This document shows positions 45,556 to 55,917 of a stretch of DNA of 64,000 bases, piece after piece. The notes below the pieces were generated by a model. It was not told the DNA's origin, ran no database searches, and worked only from the letters and a program-made list of their open reading frames with translations. Source of the DNA: a virus (Duplodnaviria; Caudoviricetes); IMG/VR virus record IMGVR_UViG_3300037067_006488, positions 1 to 64,000 of that record. One strand, 5' to 3'. The stretch's first letter is position 1. Each line of letters opens with the position of its first letter. Both the position numbers and the translations under genes were made by a program.

Positions 45556-46647
45556 TTATAAACCACTTACCCCGCCAGCCTTCTTGCCGAACAGGCTGTA
45601 TAAATTGTTCAAAGCATTTTGATAATTTTCTGTCATTCCCATCATTGCCGCATTGGGATTCAAAGAACTTATCAAATTAGTATAATAGTTCATGGACTGC
45701 TGCCAAGGCATAAGTTGATTGTATTGATATGCGGTGTCTGCATATTGAGCACCCGTTAATAATCCTGCACCTGAAAGATTAGCCTGTCCTGTTGCAGCTT
45801 GATTGATTAAACTTCCTTGTGTTGCAGCTTGGTTTTGTGCCACACCCTGTCTATTAAGTGCGTAGTCTGCCAATCCCTGTTGTCCTGCTGTTGCCATCCC
45901 TGTTGCCGCCTGTTCTCCTTCAGCGCCTATCGCAGCCCTGTTAAGAGCACCCTGTTCCATTTGACTGTATATCCCCTGCCGTGCCGACGTTGCTCTTTCT
46001 AAAGCACCTGCAAGAGCGCTCTCTTGTTGTGATTTATAATTAGCCGCCTGTATTCCTATATCTGAAAGAGAATCCGCTTTATTACTGTATAAATCTATCA
46101 TAGCGCCTAATCCCGATATAGAACCACCTGCCTGCTGTCCTATTGACTTAGCGCCCTCTGCATAACTACGCCCCAACTTAGACTCCATTAACCGTTGTCC
46201 AGGCATCTCTTGACGAGAGGCAAGGGTACGGTAATAGTCTGAGAAATTCTTTATATCTCCCAATCCTTGTTTCATCCCCTGCTGTGCGTAGGCTTCTGAA
46301 GACGCCACCCCTTTGTTGACAATATCCCGTAAAGAGGCAGCCCCTGTTGTTTGTAAGTTTGCCGCATTCTGTATCGCCGCCTGTCCCGCCCCCGTATAAT
46401 CAGGCATATTACCCGCAAGCCCCATTAACTTAGCATATAGATCACCACCCGATTGTGTCATCATGTTCTGATACTGCTGTACCTGTCTGGGAGTTTGATA
46501 TGTTGGAGATTGGCCGAGAAGCTCTTCTGCCTTTCTTTGATATTCGGCTTGCTCTTTTTTCATACTGTCGGCTATCGCGCGTTGCATATTAAGTGCCCCC
46601 GCCGATTGCTTGCTGTATTGTGCTGCCGCCTGTCTTTTTGCGCTCAT
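45556..46647 (-). CDS. putative ejection/pilot protein (Ala/Gln/Gly-rich)
   Basis: Low-complexity helical composition; directly follows the tail stabilisation gene. Confidence 0.6.
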   Translation of the reverse strand: MSAKRQAAAQYSKQSAGALNMQRAIADSMKKEQAEYQRKAEELLGQSPTYQTPRQVQQYQNMMTQSGGDLYAKLMGLAGNMPDYTGAGQAAIQNAANLQTTGAASLRDIVNKGVASSEAYAQQGMKQGLGDIKNFSDYYRTLASRQEMPGQRLMESKLGRSYAEGAKSIGQQAGGSISGLGAMIDLYSNKADSLSDIGIQAANYKSQQESALAGALERATSARQGIYSQMEQGALNRAAIGAEGEQAATGMATAGQQGLADYALNRQGVAQNQAATQGSLINQAATGQANLSGAGLLTGAQYADTAYQYNQLMPWQQSMNYYTNLISSLNPNAAMMGMTENYQNALNNLYSLFGKKAGGVSGL

Positions 46648-46667
46648 TACTTATAATTTTAACATAG

Positions 46668-46675
46668 CAAATTTA
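46668..46675 (-). promoter_or_regulatory. late promoter element TAAATTTG
   Basis: Intergenic, 20 nt upstream of ATG 46647. Confidence 0.55.
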
Positions 46676-46685
46676 AACATCTAAC

Positions 46686-49600
46686 TTATCTTGTGTTTTG
46701 TGCATTGATAACTACACTTTTAAGATATACCGCACTTGCATTGCTGTTTTGTAACTTTACAAGTATCGTCTTGCCTCGTAACGGACGCCCGTTAATTAAA
46801 TCCCTAACAGAGAAAGTAGAACTTGAAGAAGTGCCGTCCCGCATGAAGTCCGCAACAAAAACACCGTTAATATACCTGAAGTTCTTTTCCTTTAAAGCAC
46901 TCTGCATATATCCGTAGTGTTGTGTATAATTGTTGGGGTCTTGTTGTACGATAGCCTCTGCGTCTATAAGCACATCTCCGTTATCCTCTGCCGTCCATAT
47001 ATCGTTTGAATCCACAATTATATTGTTCCATTTCTTAGGAGTTGAGGGATATATATTTCCGACAACCCAAACTTCTGAATTGGTTAACACGCCATCGTAA
47101 AAAGTATTCCTCGTTGTAGAAGAATGGTTGTATAGCTTACCCGCAGAGAAAGACACCAACTCTCTGCCGGGTGTGTTGCAATACATCTCAGGCTCGAAAG
47201 AGTAGAATGAATACCAACTCTCCGACGGTTCGTGGAAGGCAATAGTCTCGTCGTTTGTACTGTTGTAGGGGTCTTTAAATGTAAGGAAATAAAGATCGTT
47301 TTGATAATCGTATCCCCCGTAAGCCTTGAACGAATACCCGCAAGAAGCCACCAACTGTTGTGTCTTGTACTTGAAATAACTACGCATACCGTTTTCGGAT
47401 ATTGCGAATGTCCCTCCTACGGTATCCCTGACAACACAAGCATTAACAGCATCCAGCATATAGACGTAGTTGCCGTGTACAACAACGGATTCGGGGTGCA
47501 TACACCCAAACTTAGTTGCATTGTATCTTGGGGGAGTTAACGTTGTTTCTGCCCTCAAAAGAATCTGATTACCCGCACCGTCAACACCTGTTTCGTATCC
47601 TAAATATATAGAGCTTATCTTGTGGGGTTGGATAATCTTGAGTACATCACCCGTTACCTTAATGTCGGAGATAGGCCCGTAAGATTCGTCTACCGTCTGT
47701 TCGTTCTGATATTCAAACGTAGACAACCCGTTTATGTTAGTATTAGGAATATACACATTGGAAGCCCTGACAATATTTCTCCTTATCTTGTTGGCGTCAG
47801 GTAAATAAAAGTTTACCCTTCCCAATCCTCTTGTTTTGGATTCGTGATAGTTAGAGAAAGATTCGCTTATAATCCCGCACGACACAGGAATACCGCTATC
47901 GTAATAGAATGTCTGTAACAGCCAATGATCGTAGCCCTCTAATGTAGCCACCATAGGCACACTTGCCGTCTGATCTTGTCTTGTATCTCCAAGATATGCG
48001 TTTTTGAAGTAATCGTGGTAACGGAAGCTTGTTCCCGGATCGGATATTACACCCCATTGCGGAGTTTCAAAATACTCTATAGGCTTGGTATTTTGTGGGG
48101 TATATAATTCTACAAGATAGTGATTGGCGGCGTCTAACTCCCCTATAACAGTAGTATCTGATATTGTCTCTACATAAATATATGTTTCGTCTTGATCTAA
48201 CACCTCAAGGTCAAGAATAGTTGAGAAGTTAACCCCGTAGCTGTAAGTGTCCCTTGACAAAGGCGCTGGCTCTTCAAGTCCCGTTGTAATGTATTGCAAA
48301 ATCTTTATTCTGTCTCCTTTATTAAAGACATAAGAACCAATATTAAAAGACGGATTTATTATCTGCCCCGCAAGAACACACTCGTTAATATTTATCTTGA
48401 TGTATTTGTCGCTTCTGATAAACAAATCTTTCTTGACCAAGAATTGCTGATACCATTGTTTGTTAGACAATCCATAGAATATCTTATAATAATATGCCCA
48501 TACAGGAGGTTGGTGTGATATGCTTAATACTATGCGAGTAGAGCCACCTGAATCTGAAACAACAACAGCTAAGTCGTCGGATATGTTGACGCCGCCGCAT
48601 CTACCGTATAAGTCATAATATGCAATACCCAAATAATTAACACCGCAAGGAAACGATCTTATCTTTGTATAGGCGCCAAACACCGCACACACCGCAGTTA
48701 CCGTTGAAGAACATGTTATAGTTAATAGTTCTGTGCCCCCATTAGCAGCAGATGTTATATCTGCGTCAGATATATTATCGTTAATATAATCCACAAAATA
48801 ATCCACAACATCAGTCCCCGTCATGCCCACGTCATTAACAAGCCTTATCGTATATTCTGTTGTGGGCGTATTAATGTATAATAAATATGTAGCCCCCGCA
48901 TCAATTTCTATTCTTACCTTGGCAGAACCCGATCCATATACAGAGGAATTATAAATAACCCTTGACTCCTCTGTTACCCCTGTGGTGGTGGCTGTTGTGC
49001 TAACATCTAATTCTACATTATCGTAACCCTCAACACAATCCGACAACACCATACGGTTGTTGTTTAATGCGTTTATAGAGCCTATTCGTTGCGGGACATA
49101 ATCAAATAACCTGCTTATATCGGTAGGAGCAACCTCTGACAATATATCACTATTATTAACCTCTCCTGCGTCCGTTAACCTTGTTAACCGCCAGTTATCT
49201 TGATTATACTTAACCGCATATTCATAACCATTCCACTCTTGATGGGTGTCTGCTGAAACAGCTATTGCAGACCTAAAAAAATTAAAACTACCGTAACCGC
49301 CTATGCTTCTCTCTCCTAAAGGAGCGTACATCAACTCCGACAATAAACCAAATACAGAATTTTCTTTATCCACATATTTATTACGCACAAGAAGCTGAAA
49401 ATATCTTGTTATATCACTACTTTTAACAGATGCAGAATAAGAGTAGGCAACATCCGTAAAGGGAGGAGGTTTGATAATATTTGATGTTGATTCGTCGTAC
49501 AACACATCGTTATGTAATGCTTTGTATAAGTTTATCTTGTGGGCGGTATACCCCGCATATCCCCAATATAACAACTTATCTTTCCCTGTGCCTATAACAA

Positions 49601-50288
49601 ACGGGTTCGACACAAAAGAATGTAGGTTTTGTGATGTGACAAACAAGGAAACAATAACATTGTTGTAATTAATGTATTTAAGCAACGCAACCTGATTTGC
49701 GCTGTCGTGAACCCAAAAATAAGTAATATCGTCCTGAACATCGTAATAAGCACCGATACAAGAAAGGGTTGTGGGATATGTTGCGGTCTGCCTGCCTATA
49801 ACACGCATATCACACTCCGACGTGTCGAGGGTATTGAACACGAAATAAGCACCTCCGGTAATAGCGCCGTAAGAAACAAGTTGATCCGAGAAATAATGTC
49901 TAACCTGAGATATTACCTCTGTTATAAATGTGGCCACCGTTGAATAACCGCTACCTGAAATATAAATATACTTCAGTTTGTTGTTGTTCCACACCTCTAT
50001 CTCTAACACGTTAGGGACAGACAACAGTGTAAACTCAAACCGTGTTGTACTTGTTGAGGGATTTGTTTCCGTTACCGTTATCTCTAAATCGGGAGTAAAA
50101 ACACTGTTAGGCATATATATTGTAGGAGTGCTTACACCCTTGCAATTAGTTCTAACCCCCATGTGTTCCGAATCGGCAGGGATAGTATTGAGAAAATATT
50201 TAGAATCTCCCGCCTGCAACAAACTAATATCGGTATCCCAATCTAATTTACTCTTGTAAAACGGTATCTGCTGTTGTATATCGTTCAT
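46686..50288 (-). CDS. tail stabilisation/nozzle protein (P22 gp10 / crAss-like)
   Basis: 1200 aa; NNRMVLSD, YLGIAYYDLYGR, FGCMHPES, ISENGMRSYF, GGYD, AFHEPSESWYSFYSF; podovirus gene order. Confidence 0.75.
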   Translation of the reverse strand: MNDIQQQIPFYKSKLDWDTDISLLQAGDSKYFLNTIPADSEHMGVRTNCKGVSTPTIYMPNSVFTPDLEITVTETNPSTSTTRFEFTLLSVPNVLEIEVWNNNKLKYIYISGSGYSTVATFITEVISQVRHYFSDQLVSYGAITGGAYFVFNTLDTSECDMRVIGRQTATYPTTLSCIGAYYDVQDDITYFWVHDSANQVALLKYINYNNVIVSLFVTSQNLHSFVSNPFVIGTGKDKLLYWGYAGYTAHKINLYKALHNDVLYDESTSNIIKPPPFTDVAYSYSASVKSSDITRYFQLLVRNKYVDKENSVFGLLSELMYAPLGERSIGGYGSFNFFRSAIAVSADTHQEWNGYEYAVKYNQDNWRLTRLTDAGEVNNSDILSEVAPTDISRLFDYVPQRIGSINALNNNRMVLSDCVEGYDNVELDVSTTATTTGVTEESRVIYNSSVYGSGSAKVRIEIDAGATYLLYINTPTTEYTIRLVNDVGMTGTDVVDYFVDYINDNISDADITSAANGGTELLTITCSSTVTAVCAVFGAYTKIRSFPCGVNYLGIAYYDLYGRCGGVNISDDLAVVVSDSGGSTRIVLSISHQPPVWAYYYKIFYGLSNKQWYQQFLVKKDLFIRSDKYIKININECVLAGQIINPSFNIGSYVFNKGDRIKILQYITTGLEEPAPLSRDTYSYGVNFSTILDLEVLDQDETYIYVETISDTTVIGELDAANHYLVELYTPQNTKPIEYFETPQWGVISDPGTSFRYHDYFKNAYLGDTRQDQTASVPMVATLEGYDHWLLQTFYYDSGIPVSCGIISESFSNYHESKTRGLGRVNFYLPDANKIRRNIVRASNVYIPNTNINGLSTFEYQNEQTVDESYGPISDIKVTGDVLKIIQPHKISSIYLGYETGVDGAGNQILLRAETTLTPPRYNATKFGCMHPESVVVHGNYVYMLDAVNACVVRDTVGGTFAISENGMRSYFKYKTQQLVASCGYSFKAYGGYDYQNDLYFLTFKDPYNSTNDETIAFHEPSESWYSFYSFEPEMYCNTPGRELVSFSAGKLYNHSSTTRNTFYDGVLTNSEVWVVGNIYPSTPKKWNNIIVDSNDIWTAEDNGDVLIDAEAIVQQDPNNYTQHYGYMQSALKEKNFRYINGVFVADFMRDGTSSSSTFSVRDLINGRPLRGKTILVKLQNSNASAVYLKSVVINAQNTR

Positions 50289-50291
50289 ATC

Positions 50292-51005
50292 TTATCCTCT
50301 TAACGGTAACATAGTATATGTAGACCTCAGTGTATCTAAAAGTTCTTCTATCGTATATCCGTCTATATTCACGCTTTCTCTGTTAAACTGTTGTTCGTAG
50401 TATTGTGCTATTTGTAGGCGTGACTCGTCGTACCTGCAATCGTTCCAAATTATATATGCCATAAGCACAGACTCGTATTTGATAGGCACAAATGTAGTGC
50501 CCGTAGTTTCTGTCCCTGAACTTATATACCGGATAACAACTTCGGTTGCTGTAACAGAGTTAAGGAATATCCTCCGGTTCTGGTGGTCTATCTTGTAATA
50601 CCCGTCTATATTAACACCCCCTCTTGCATATAAACCGGAAGACGAATCGGGTATAACATCAACACCCTCCCCGTAATCTGAATCCTGTGTTTCTTGTCCG
50701 CCTACTGTTGTCGTGGTTATCACCATATCCTGTTTGGGTGTAAGCCACTTCAACTCTCCGTTGACAGGAACTCCTATACCCAAAAACTCAACCAGATCGG
50801 AAGGGAAGGAAACGGCAGCAACGGTAGTGGGAACGGTAAGCCTTGCGAAAGCAGCCCCCTCGTGTATATAGTTTAACCGTAATTCCTTCAACCCGTCTAC
50901 CGCAAGCTGAAAGAACCTGTTGTAATCGCTTTGTTCCCTGCGAGCGATCCATAGCGCTTTGTTCACAATATATTTTAATGCTCTTACTCCGTCTGTATGT
51001 GCCAT
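50292..51005 (-). CDS. tail ring/adaptor (tubular) protein
   Basis: Size, position and the helix-beta-helix pattern (IPxxxxxxLxxYI) typical of head-tail adaptors. Confidence 0.6.
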   Translation of the reverse strand: MAHTDGVRALKYIVNKALWIARREQSDYNRFFQLAVDGLKELRLNYIHEGAAFARLTVPTTVAAVSFPSDLVEFLGIGVPVNGELKWLTPKQDMVITTTTVGGQETQDSDYGEGVDVIPDSSSGLYARGGVNIDGYYKIDHQNRRIFLNSVTATEVVIRYISSGTETTGTTFVPIKYESVLMAYIIWNDCRYDESRLQIAQYYEQQFNRESVNIDGYTIEELLDTLRSTYTMLPLRG

Positions 51006-51009
51006 ATCC

Positions 51010-51612
51010 TTATGAGTTTGCGTTGTTAGCCTTCATGTCTACGGGTGACGTAACACCCAATAACTCCAATACCTGTTTGATAAAATCGTAATCTGTGCCC
51101 CCAGGGATATTGATAGTATCAGTACTTGCGTATTCTGCGAACCTCGGAACAAGAACAATACGTACACCTGCTGCTGCTATTGCCGCCGTCATAGATTCGT
51201 TAAACCATATCTTCTCCCCCTGTACCCAATAATTGATATTGGTATCTATTGCTTGAGTATCTAACCCACCCATGTAAGACTGTTCTTGTTCTGTTGAGGG
51301 CACGAAATAAAGATCGAAAGACGCATCTAAATTAATATACCTAATACCGCTTGGAATCTTTGGGAGAGGTATCGTTTTTGCGGGTATGGTAACTGAATAA
51401 ATATTCTTGGTGGCATCCAGTGTACACACCTGAGAAGTATATTCCTTTGTAAACAAATCCACGTTCTTCATAACCTCTTCCGAAAACGAAGTCATCCTTT
51501 GCGCATACACAACATCGCATATCATCTTTATCTGTTCGGGATGATACCTGCTTGTCTTGTCTACCGGAGCTATTATATTCTTGATAGTGTATATTAGTTC
51601 TGATTGTGTCAT
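51010..51612 (-). CDS. tail ring/adaptor protein paralogue
   Basis: MTQSELIYTIKNII start; INIP..TDYDFIKQVLELLG end. Confidence 0.55.
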   Translation of the reverse strand: MTQSELIYTIKNIIAPVDKTSRYHPEQIKMICDVVYAQRMTSFSEEVMKNVDLFTKEYTSQVCTLDATKNIYSVTIPAKTIPLPKIPSGIRYINLDASFDLYFVPSTEQEQSYMGGLDTQAIDTNINYWVQGEKIWFNESMTAAIAAAGVRIVLVPRFAEYASTDTINIPGGTDYDFIKQVLELLGVTSPVDMKANNANS

Positions 51613-51615
51613 GGC

Positions 51616-52344
51616 TTACTGTTTTTCGTTTTCTGCTGCTTGATATAACAACTGGTCTCTGTCCCTGACAGCTATTTGGCTTGCAAGATATTGTGCAAAC
51701 TCTGTATGTAATTCTGTGGGTATATTAAGCTCTGCCGTAAGAGATGTCACCGTAGTTCCCGATGTCTGCCCCGCACTTCCGTACTCTCCTGCTGTAAGCG
51801 TCCGTGATGCCGATGCTGCCAACGGCTGAATCTGATAATCCGCATCTATATAATAATCGAATATAGGGACAGTAGGATTCTTAATATAATACACAAATAA
51901 AGAAGTCATCGTAGAGGGATAAACCCTACAAGAAGTACCCTCGATAATAGCAACAGGATAATAGTCTACTGGTTTAGACAACAGATTAGTCATTCTCTTG
52001 GAATATTCGTCTGCCGACACTAATTCTATGCGCTTCATATTAGTGCTGTAAGTGCCGTATAAATCCTCCAACAAAAGCATATCTACGGGTAAAGTAAATG
52101 TGCCTGAAGATAGAGAAGCTGTTGTTCTTGTTTGCAGTGCGTCTATCAAAAGAGCCGTAGCAACAGCATCATCCAATGTGCCTCCTGTGCTGACATACTG
52201 CCGATACGTAATAACCTTATTCCGTACAAACGGATATATGTTAGCCTTAAACAGTAGGTTAAGTTCTTCGGGCGACAGCGTATTACCGCTGTTGTCTTTA
52301 TTAAGAATTGTATTCAAAAATAATCTAAGATCATCTACGGTCAT
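51616..52344 (-). CDS. tail ring/adaptor protein paralogue
   Basis: LSPEELNLLF..YYIKNP..ELNIPTELHTEFAQY. Confidence 0.6.
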   Translation of the reverse strand: MTVDDLRLFLNTILNKDNSGNTLSPEELNLLFKANIYPFVRNKVITYRQYVSTGGTLDDAVATALLIDALQTRTTASLSSGTFTLPVDMLLLEDLYGTYSTNMKRIELVSADEYSKRMTNLLSKPVDYYPVAIIEGTSCRVYPSTMTSLFVYYIKNPTVPIFDYYIDADYQIQPLAASASRTLTAGEYGSAGQTSGTTVTSLTAELNIPTELHTEFAQYLASQIAVRDRDQLLYQAAENEKQ

Positions 52345-52350
52345 AGTATG

Positions 52351-53049
52351 TTATTTTTCTTGGTTCTTTTGTTCTTCCATCGCAACGGATATAAACTCGT
52401 TGTTTACCGCTATCCCTAAATACTTTAATATCTTACGCACTATATCTATATGGAACATAGCATCTATCTCTAATGCAGTAGACGATCCGCTTTGTGTCCT
52501 TACCCCGTTGGTAATTGTCTCTACCAACACAGGGGAAGTAGGACGCCTTAAAACGGTTACTGTTAAGGTTGGCGCAGTACCCTGTAAGGGCAACAGATAA
52601 AATACTTTCGATGTTGCCGTGCCTGTTAGATAGCCGATAGGATAAGCGGCTTTAGGATATGTTACCGCATTAACACACCTATCCACAAACTCCTCTGAGG
52701 TAACAATATCTACCTTGATAAAACCCGTAAGGCTCGAACTTGTAACAGCCTGTGCCGATAACACAACATAATCTAACGCATTAAGAGTATAGGAATGACA
52801 AGTGATACCGTTAACACTACCCGATGCTGCGGTAGGGGTTTCGTCTTTCCTAAAGGGCAATATTGCGGCTGTTATCCTCGCATCTACCTCTGCCCCGTTC
52901 CCCGACAAATAACCGTGAGCAAACTCTTTAAACAACTCATCTTGTGCTAACCTTAACATATTGTTAAACTGCTCTATCGTCATTTCTGCGGGCTTGGCGA
53001 CAAGTTGTGCTATATGTTGCACGGTATACAGAACTTCAAGTAATGTCAT
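52351..53049 (-). CDS. tail ring/adaptor protein paralogue
   Basis: MTIEQFNNMLRLAQDELF..VLRRP..LEIDAMFHIDIVRKILKYLG. Confidence 0.6.
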   Translation of the reverse strand: MTLLEVLYTVQHIAQLVAKPAEMTIEQFNNMLRLAQDELFKEFAHGYLSGNGAEVDARITAAILPFRKDETPTAASGSVNGITCHSYTLNALDYVVLSAQAVTSSSLTGFIKVDIVTSEEFVDRCVNAVTYPKAAYPIGYLTGTATSKVFYLLPLQGTAPTLTVTVLRRPTSPVLVETITNGVRTQSGSSTALEIDAMFHIDIVRKILKYLGIAVNNEFISVAMEEQKNQEK

Positions 53050-53065
53050 TTCTGTTAGTTTTCAG

Positions 53066-53073
53066 CAAATTTA
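53066..53073 (-). promoter_or_regulatory. late promoter element TAAATTTG
   Basis: 16 nt upstream of ATG 53049. Confidence 0.55.
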
Positions 53074-53224
53074 CAGATAGACACAAATATGGATTTGGAT
53101 ATAATACAATTTACAAAACACACAAACATTGTAAAACATATTTAACATTACCGCCTAAGAGGTAAAAAAGTCCGAATAGCTTTAATTTTAATCTTTATAC
53201 AGGGCTTTTTACCGCCCTAACAGC

Positions 53225-53254
53225 AAAAAAAGAACCCCCGGCGTAAACCGGAGG
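53225..53254 (-). terminator. intrinsic terminator
   Basis: - strand CCTCCGG-TTTACG-CCGGGGG then TTCTTTTTTT. Confidence 0.8.
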
Positions 53255-53309
53255 CTGCAAATCCAAGTCCAACTAAAACCAAACCGATACAAATATAAAA
53301 CCGATTTTT

Positions 53310-54362
53310 TTATTGCTTTTCGTCAGTCATACTCGCATCAATAACCGCTATCAACCTCTCCCTCAACTTTGGTTCTCCTATATTAAGGGGCACTGTTACA
53401 CCAAGTTTCTTGGCATATTCAAGCAGTTCTTCTTTGGTCTTTGCGGATTCTAAATCTTTGATAGACACACCGCCTTCGTACTTCTTCTGCCCGAACACGT
53501 CCATCTTCATTGTTTCGTAGGCGTCTATAAACTTGCTTGTAAGGAGCAGCTCCGCAACAAAATCAACTACCCTGTCTTTCTGATCTAAGGGCACAATAGT
53601 AAGATGCGTCTGAGAAGGAACGTGTTTTACTTTTCTTGTGAGCTTGTCGTACTCTATGTCGCCCTTAGAATACAGGGTGCTTACAACAATCCTTGCTTCG
53701 GTTAGTAAAGGATTCACCTTCTCTATGTCGTCCATGAAAGCACCGAATCCCCTCTTGGTTACTGTTATGTTCTTTTCGCTGGCGGTAACAGTATCTAACA
53801 TTACCCTCCTTAATACCGATTCGGCAAGAGAATCTGCATTCCCTATACCCCAACTCTTTGCGTAATATCTCAAATCTTCAAGACCTAATTTACGCATGAT
53901 ATGGTAACGAACATCAAGCTCGATAGCGTCCTTGTCGTTAAGTTCTCTGGCTTCTGCTTCAAGATTCTCGATATAATAACCAAGTCCTCCTAAATCAGCA
54001 CAACGGGTAAGGAAAAATATAACTTCCGCATCTTTGTCCGGCCTGAAAGACTGTACCCCTCCTAACTTAATAAACCTCGGAGAGAAACTTGTCCTTCCGT
54101 CTTTTTTCTTATTGTAGGTCTCGCAGAACGTCCATATCTCCATTCCACGATCTTTAGTAGTCACCCTTGCTGACAACTGTATAGAGTGCATAGGCGGCCT
54201 TCTGCGGTTGCCTGATGCGTCTAATCTAATCTTGTTGGCATGGGATTTAATAATAGTCGCCTCTGTCTGTTTGGCGATTTTCTTCATCTCCGTTACGTAG
54301 AACACGTAAGCGGGATTGTCTTCTTTCAATGTTTTTACAGGAACATCATCTACGAGTATCAT
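53310..54362 (-). CDS. conserved-looking head-region hypothetical protein
   Basis: Long ORF directly downstream of the capsid gene; start assigned to ATG 54362. Confidence 0.7.
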   Translation of the reverse strand: MILVDDVPVKTLKEDNPAYVFYVTEMKKIAKQTEATIIKSHANKIRLDASGNRRRPPMHSIQLSARVTTKDRGMEIWTFCETYNKKKDGRTSFSPRFIKLGGVQSFRPDKDAEVIFFLTRCADLGGLGYYIENLEAEARELNDKDAIELDVRYHIMRKLGLEDLRYYAKSWGIGNADSLAESVLRRVMLDTVTASEKNITVTKRGFGAFMDDIEKVNPLLTEARIVVSTLYSKGDIEYDKLTRKVKHVPSQTHLTIVPLDQKDRVVDFVAELLLTSKFIDAYETMKMDVFGQKKYEGGVSIKDLESAKTKEELLEYAKKLGVTVPLNIGEPKLRERLIAVIDASMTDEKQ

Positions 54363-54389
54363 ACTAATCTGGTTTTGGTTGAACAATAT

Positions 54390-54420
54390 AAAAAAAGGGA
54401 GGGGCCGAAACCCCTACCCT
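54390..54420 (-). terminator. intrinsic terminator after the major capsid gene
   Basis: - strand AGGGTAGGGG-TTTCGG-CCCCTCCCT then TTTTTT. Confidence 0.85.
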
Positions 54421-54429
54421 ATAAAACAA

Positions 54430-55890
54430 TTACTTATACATAAGAACCCACTGTGAAGGAAGTGCGAATATCGGAGTCATGTGTGCAAGCATATAGCCGT
54501 GAACACCGTCATAACCCGAAGAAACATCTTGTCCCATACCTTCGATGCCGTTTACTCCCTTGTTGTAACTGAGAACACGCCTTCTGTTTTCACCGTTGCG
54601 GTTAACATAACCGATCTGTACGTTGGGGAAGGTCTTGTTTCTCTGTCCCATAAAGTCCATAGTTACGTTAGTCTTGGGAACAACAAGTCCCATTGTAGCG
54701 TAATTGTAAGCATAGTCTGTGCCAGTATAAAGACCAGCGCCAGTAGGATCAGCAAGTTCTGACGGCCTCCAAATAACATAAGTACGACCATCGAAGAAGA
54801 AAGCGTTTACATCAAGACCAAACTCTTTCTTTACCTTATCAAGAAGATCAGTGCCTCCACTATATCCCTTGATAAGTTCGTAAGCGTCAGCCTCAACATC
54901 TCTGCCAAGTTCCTGCCCTACCATAACAACACTTGTGCCGTTGGTAATACCCTGAGAAGCCTGAAGAATACCCACTTCATACAGGTTGTCAAGAACAAAA
55001 TCTCCTGTATAAGAAAGTTTCTGTCCGTACTTATCGGCATGAGGGAATAAACCCGCACCTGAAACAACTGCGTTGCTGACAGTAGACTCAGAAGTCTGTG
55101 TCATTGTGCTGTTGTCGGTGCGCTCACCGAATGTGAAGAACCTTGATTCTTTTACGTCCAGTTTAAACTCAGTTTCCATAAGAGCCTGGTTCAACAGAGC
55201 CTTGCTGCCTTCCATCCCGGTAGCTTCGTAGAACGACTGTGCTATCTGACCACCTTCTATATCGAAAGATTCTTTAAGAATCCTCGGATAGAAAGAAAGG
55301 GTTTCGAGAGTGTCGGTCTGTCCTGCGGGCTGTCCTGTACCTGCGGCAAAAGAGTTAGCACCTATCATCAGATAAGTAGCGGCGGGGACTTCGGTTACAA
55401 TGCGTGAAGCAGTTGTATAGAAACCTCCGTCTTTTGCGTAAGGCTTGCAGGTATATTCTGCGGAAGCGCCAGTACCAGATATAGACGTTACCCTGTATGC
55501 CCTCGGCAGTAAAGTTCCTGCGGTAAGGTAAGTTGTGGGAATATAGATATCGTCACCTACTCTTAGCGGCCCGTTGTCGCTTGAATCGTAGCAAGTAGAG
55601 TCCAGAATAACTGTTATGTCTGTACCTGCTGACCCCGTTGAGATGGCCGACCCAAGTTTAACAACAAACAACGGTGCTTCCTTCTGGAAGGTGTTTATTA
55701 CCTGGTTGGGAACGTCTACAATACTTTCGGCAACAAAGAAAATATCCCTTGCACCTACACCTTTGCCATATTTTTCGTACAGTTGGCGTCTGTATTCCGG
55801 TTTAATAACCGAACTATTTTTTGTTATCCACTGCAAGCCGTAATACTGCGATACCACATTGCTTGAGGGAGCGTTTACACTTATACTCAT
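54430..55890 (-). CDS. major capsid protein
   Basis: 486 aa; follows portal and scaffold; strong terminator after it; HK97-like pattern (ILKESFDIEG, ESRFFTFGER, VVMVG). Confidence 0.78.
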   Translation of the reverse strand: MSISVNAPSSNVVSQYYGLQWITKNSSVIKPEYRRQLYEKYGKGVGARDIFFVAESIVDVPNQVINTFQKEAPLFVVKLGSAISTGSAGTDITVILDSTCYDSSDNGPLRVGDDIYIPTTYLTAGTLLPRAYRVTSISGTGASAEYTCKPYAKDGGFYTTASRIVTEVPAATYLMIGANSFAAGTGQPAGQTDTLETLSFYPRILKESFDIEGGQIAQSFYEATGMEGSKALLNQALMETEFKLDVKESRFFTFGERTDNSTMTQTSESTVSNAVVSGAGLFPHADKYGQKLSYTGDFVLDNLYEVGILQASQGITNGTSVVMVGQELGRDVEADAYELIKGYSGGTDLLDKVKKEFGLDVNAFFFDGRTYVIWRPSELADPTGAGLYTGTDYAYNYATMGLVVPKTNVTMDFMGQRNKTFPNVQIGYVNRNGENRRRVLSYNKGVNGIEGMGQDVSSGYDGVHGYMLAHMTPIFALPSQWVLMYK

Positions 55891-55917
55891 TTTAAATTAC
55901 ATTTAACGTTCAACATT

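Noticed and set aside
49366-49374. Perfect DnaA box TTATCCACA
   Set aside because: Single copy inside the tail stabilisation gene; expected by chance.
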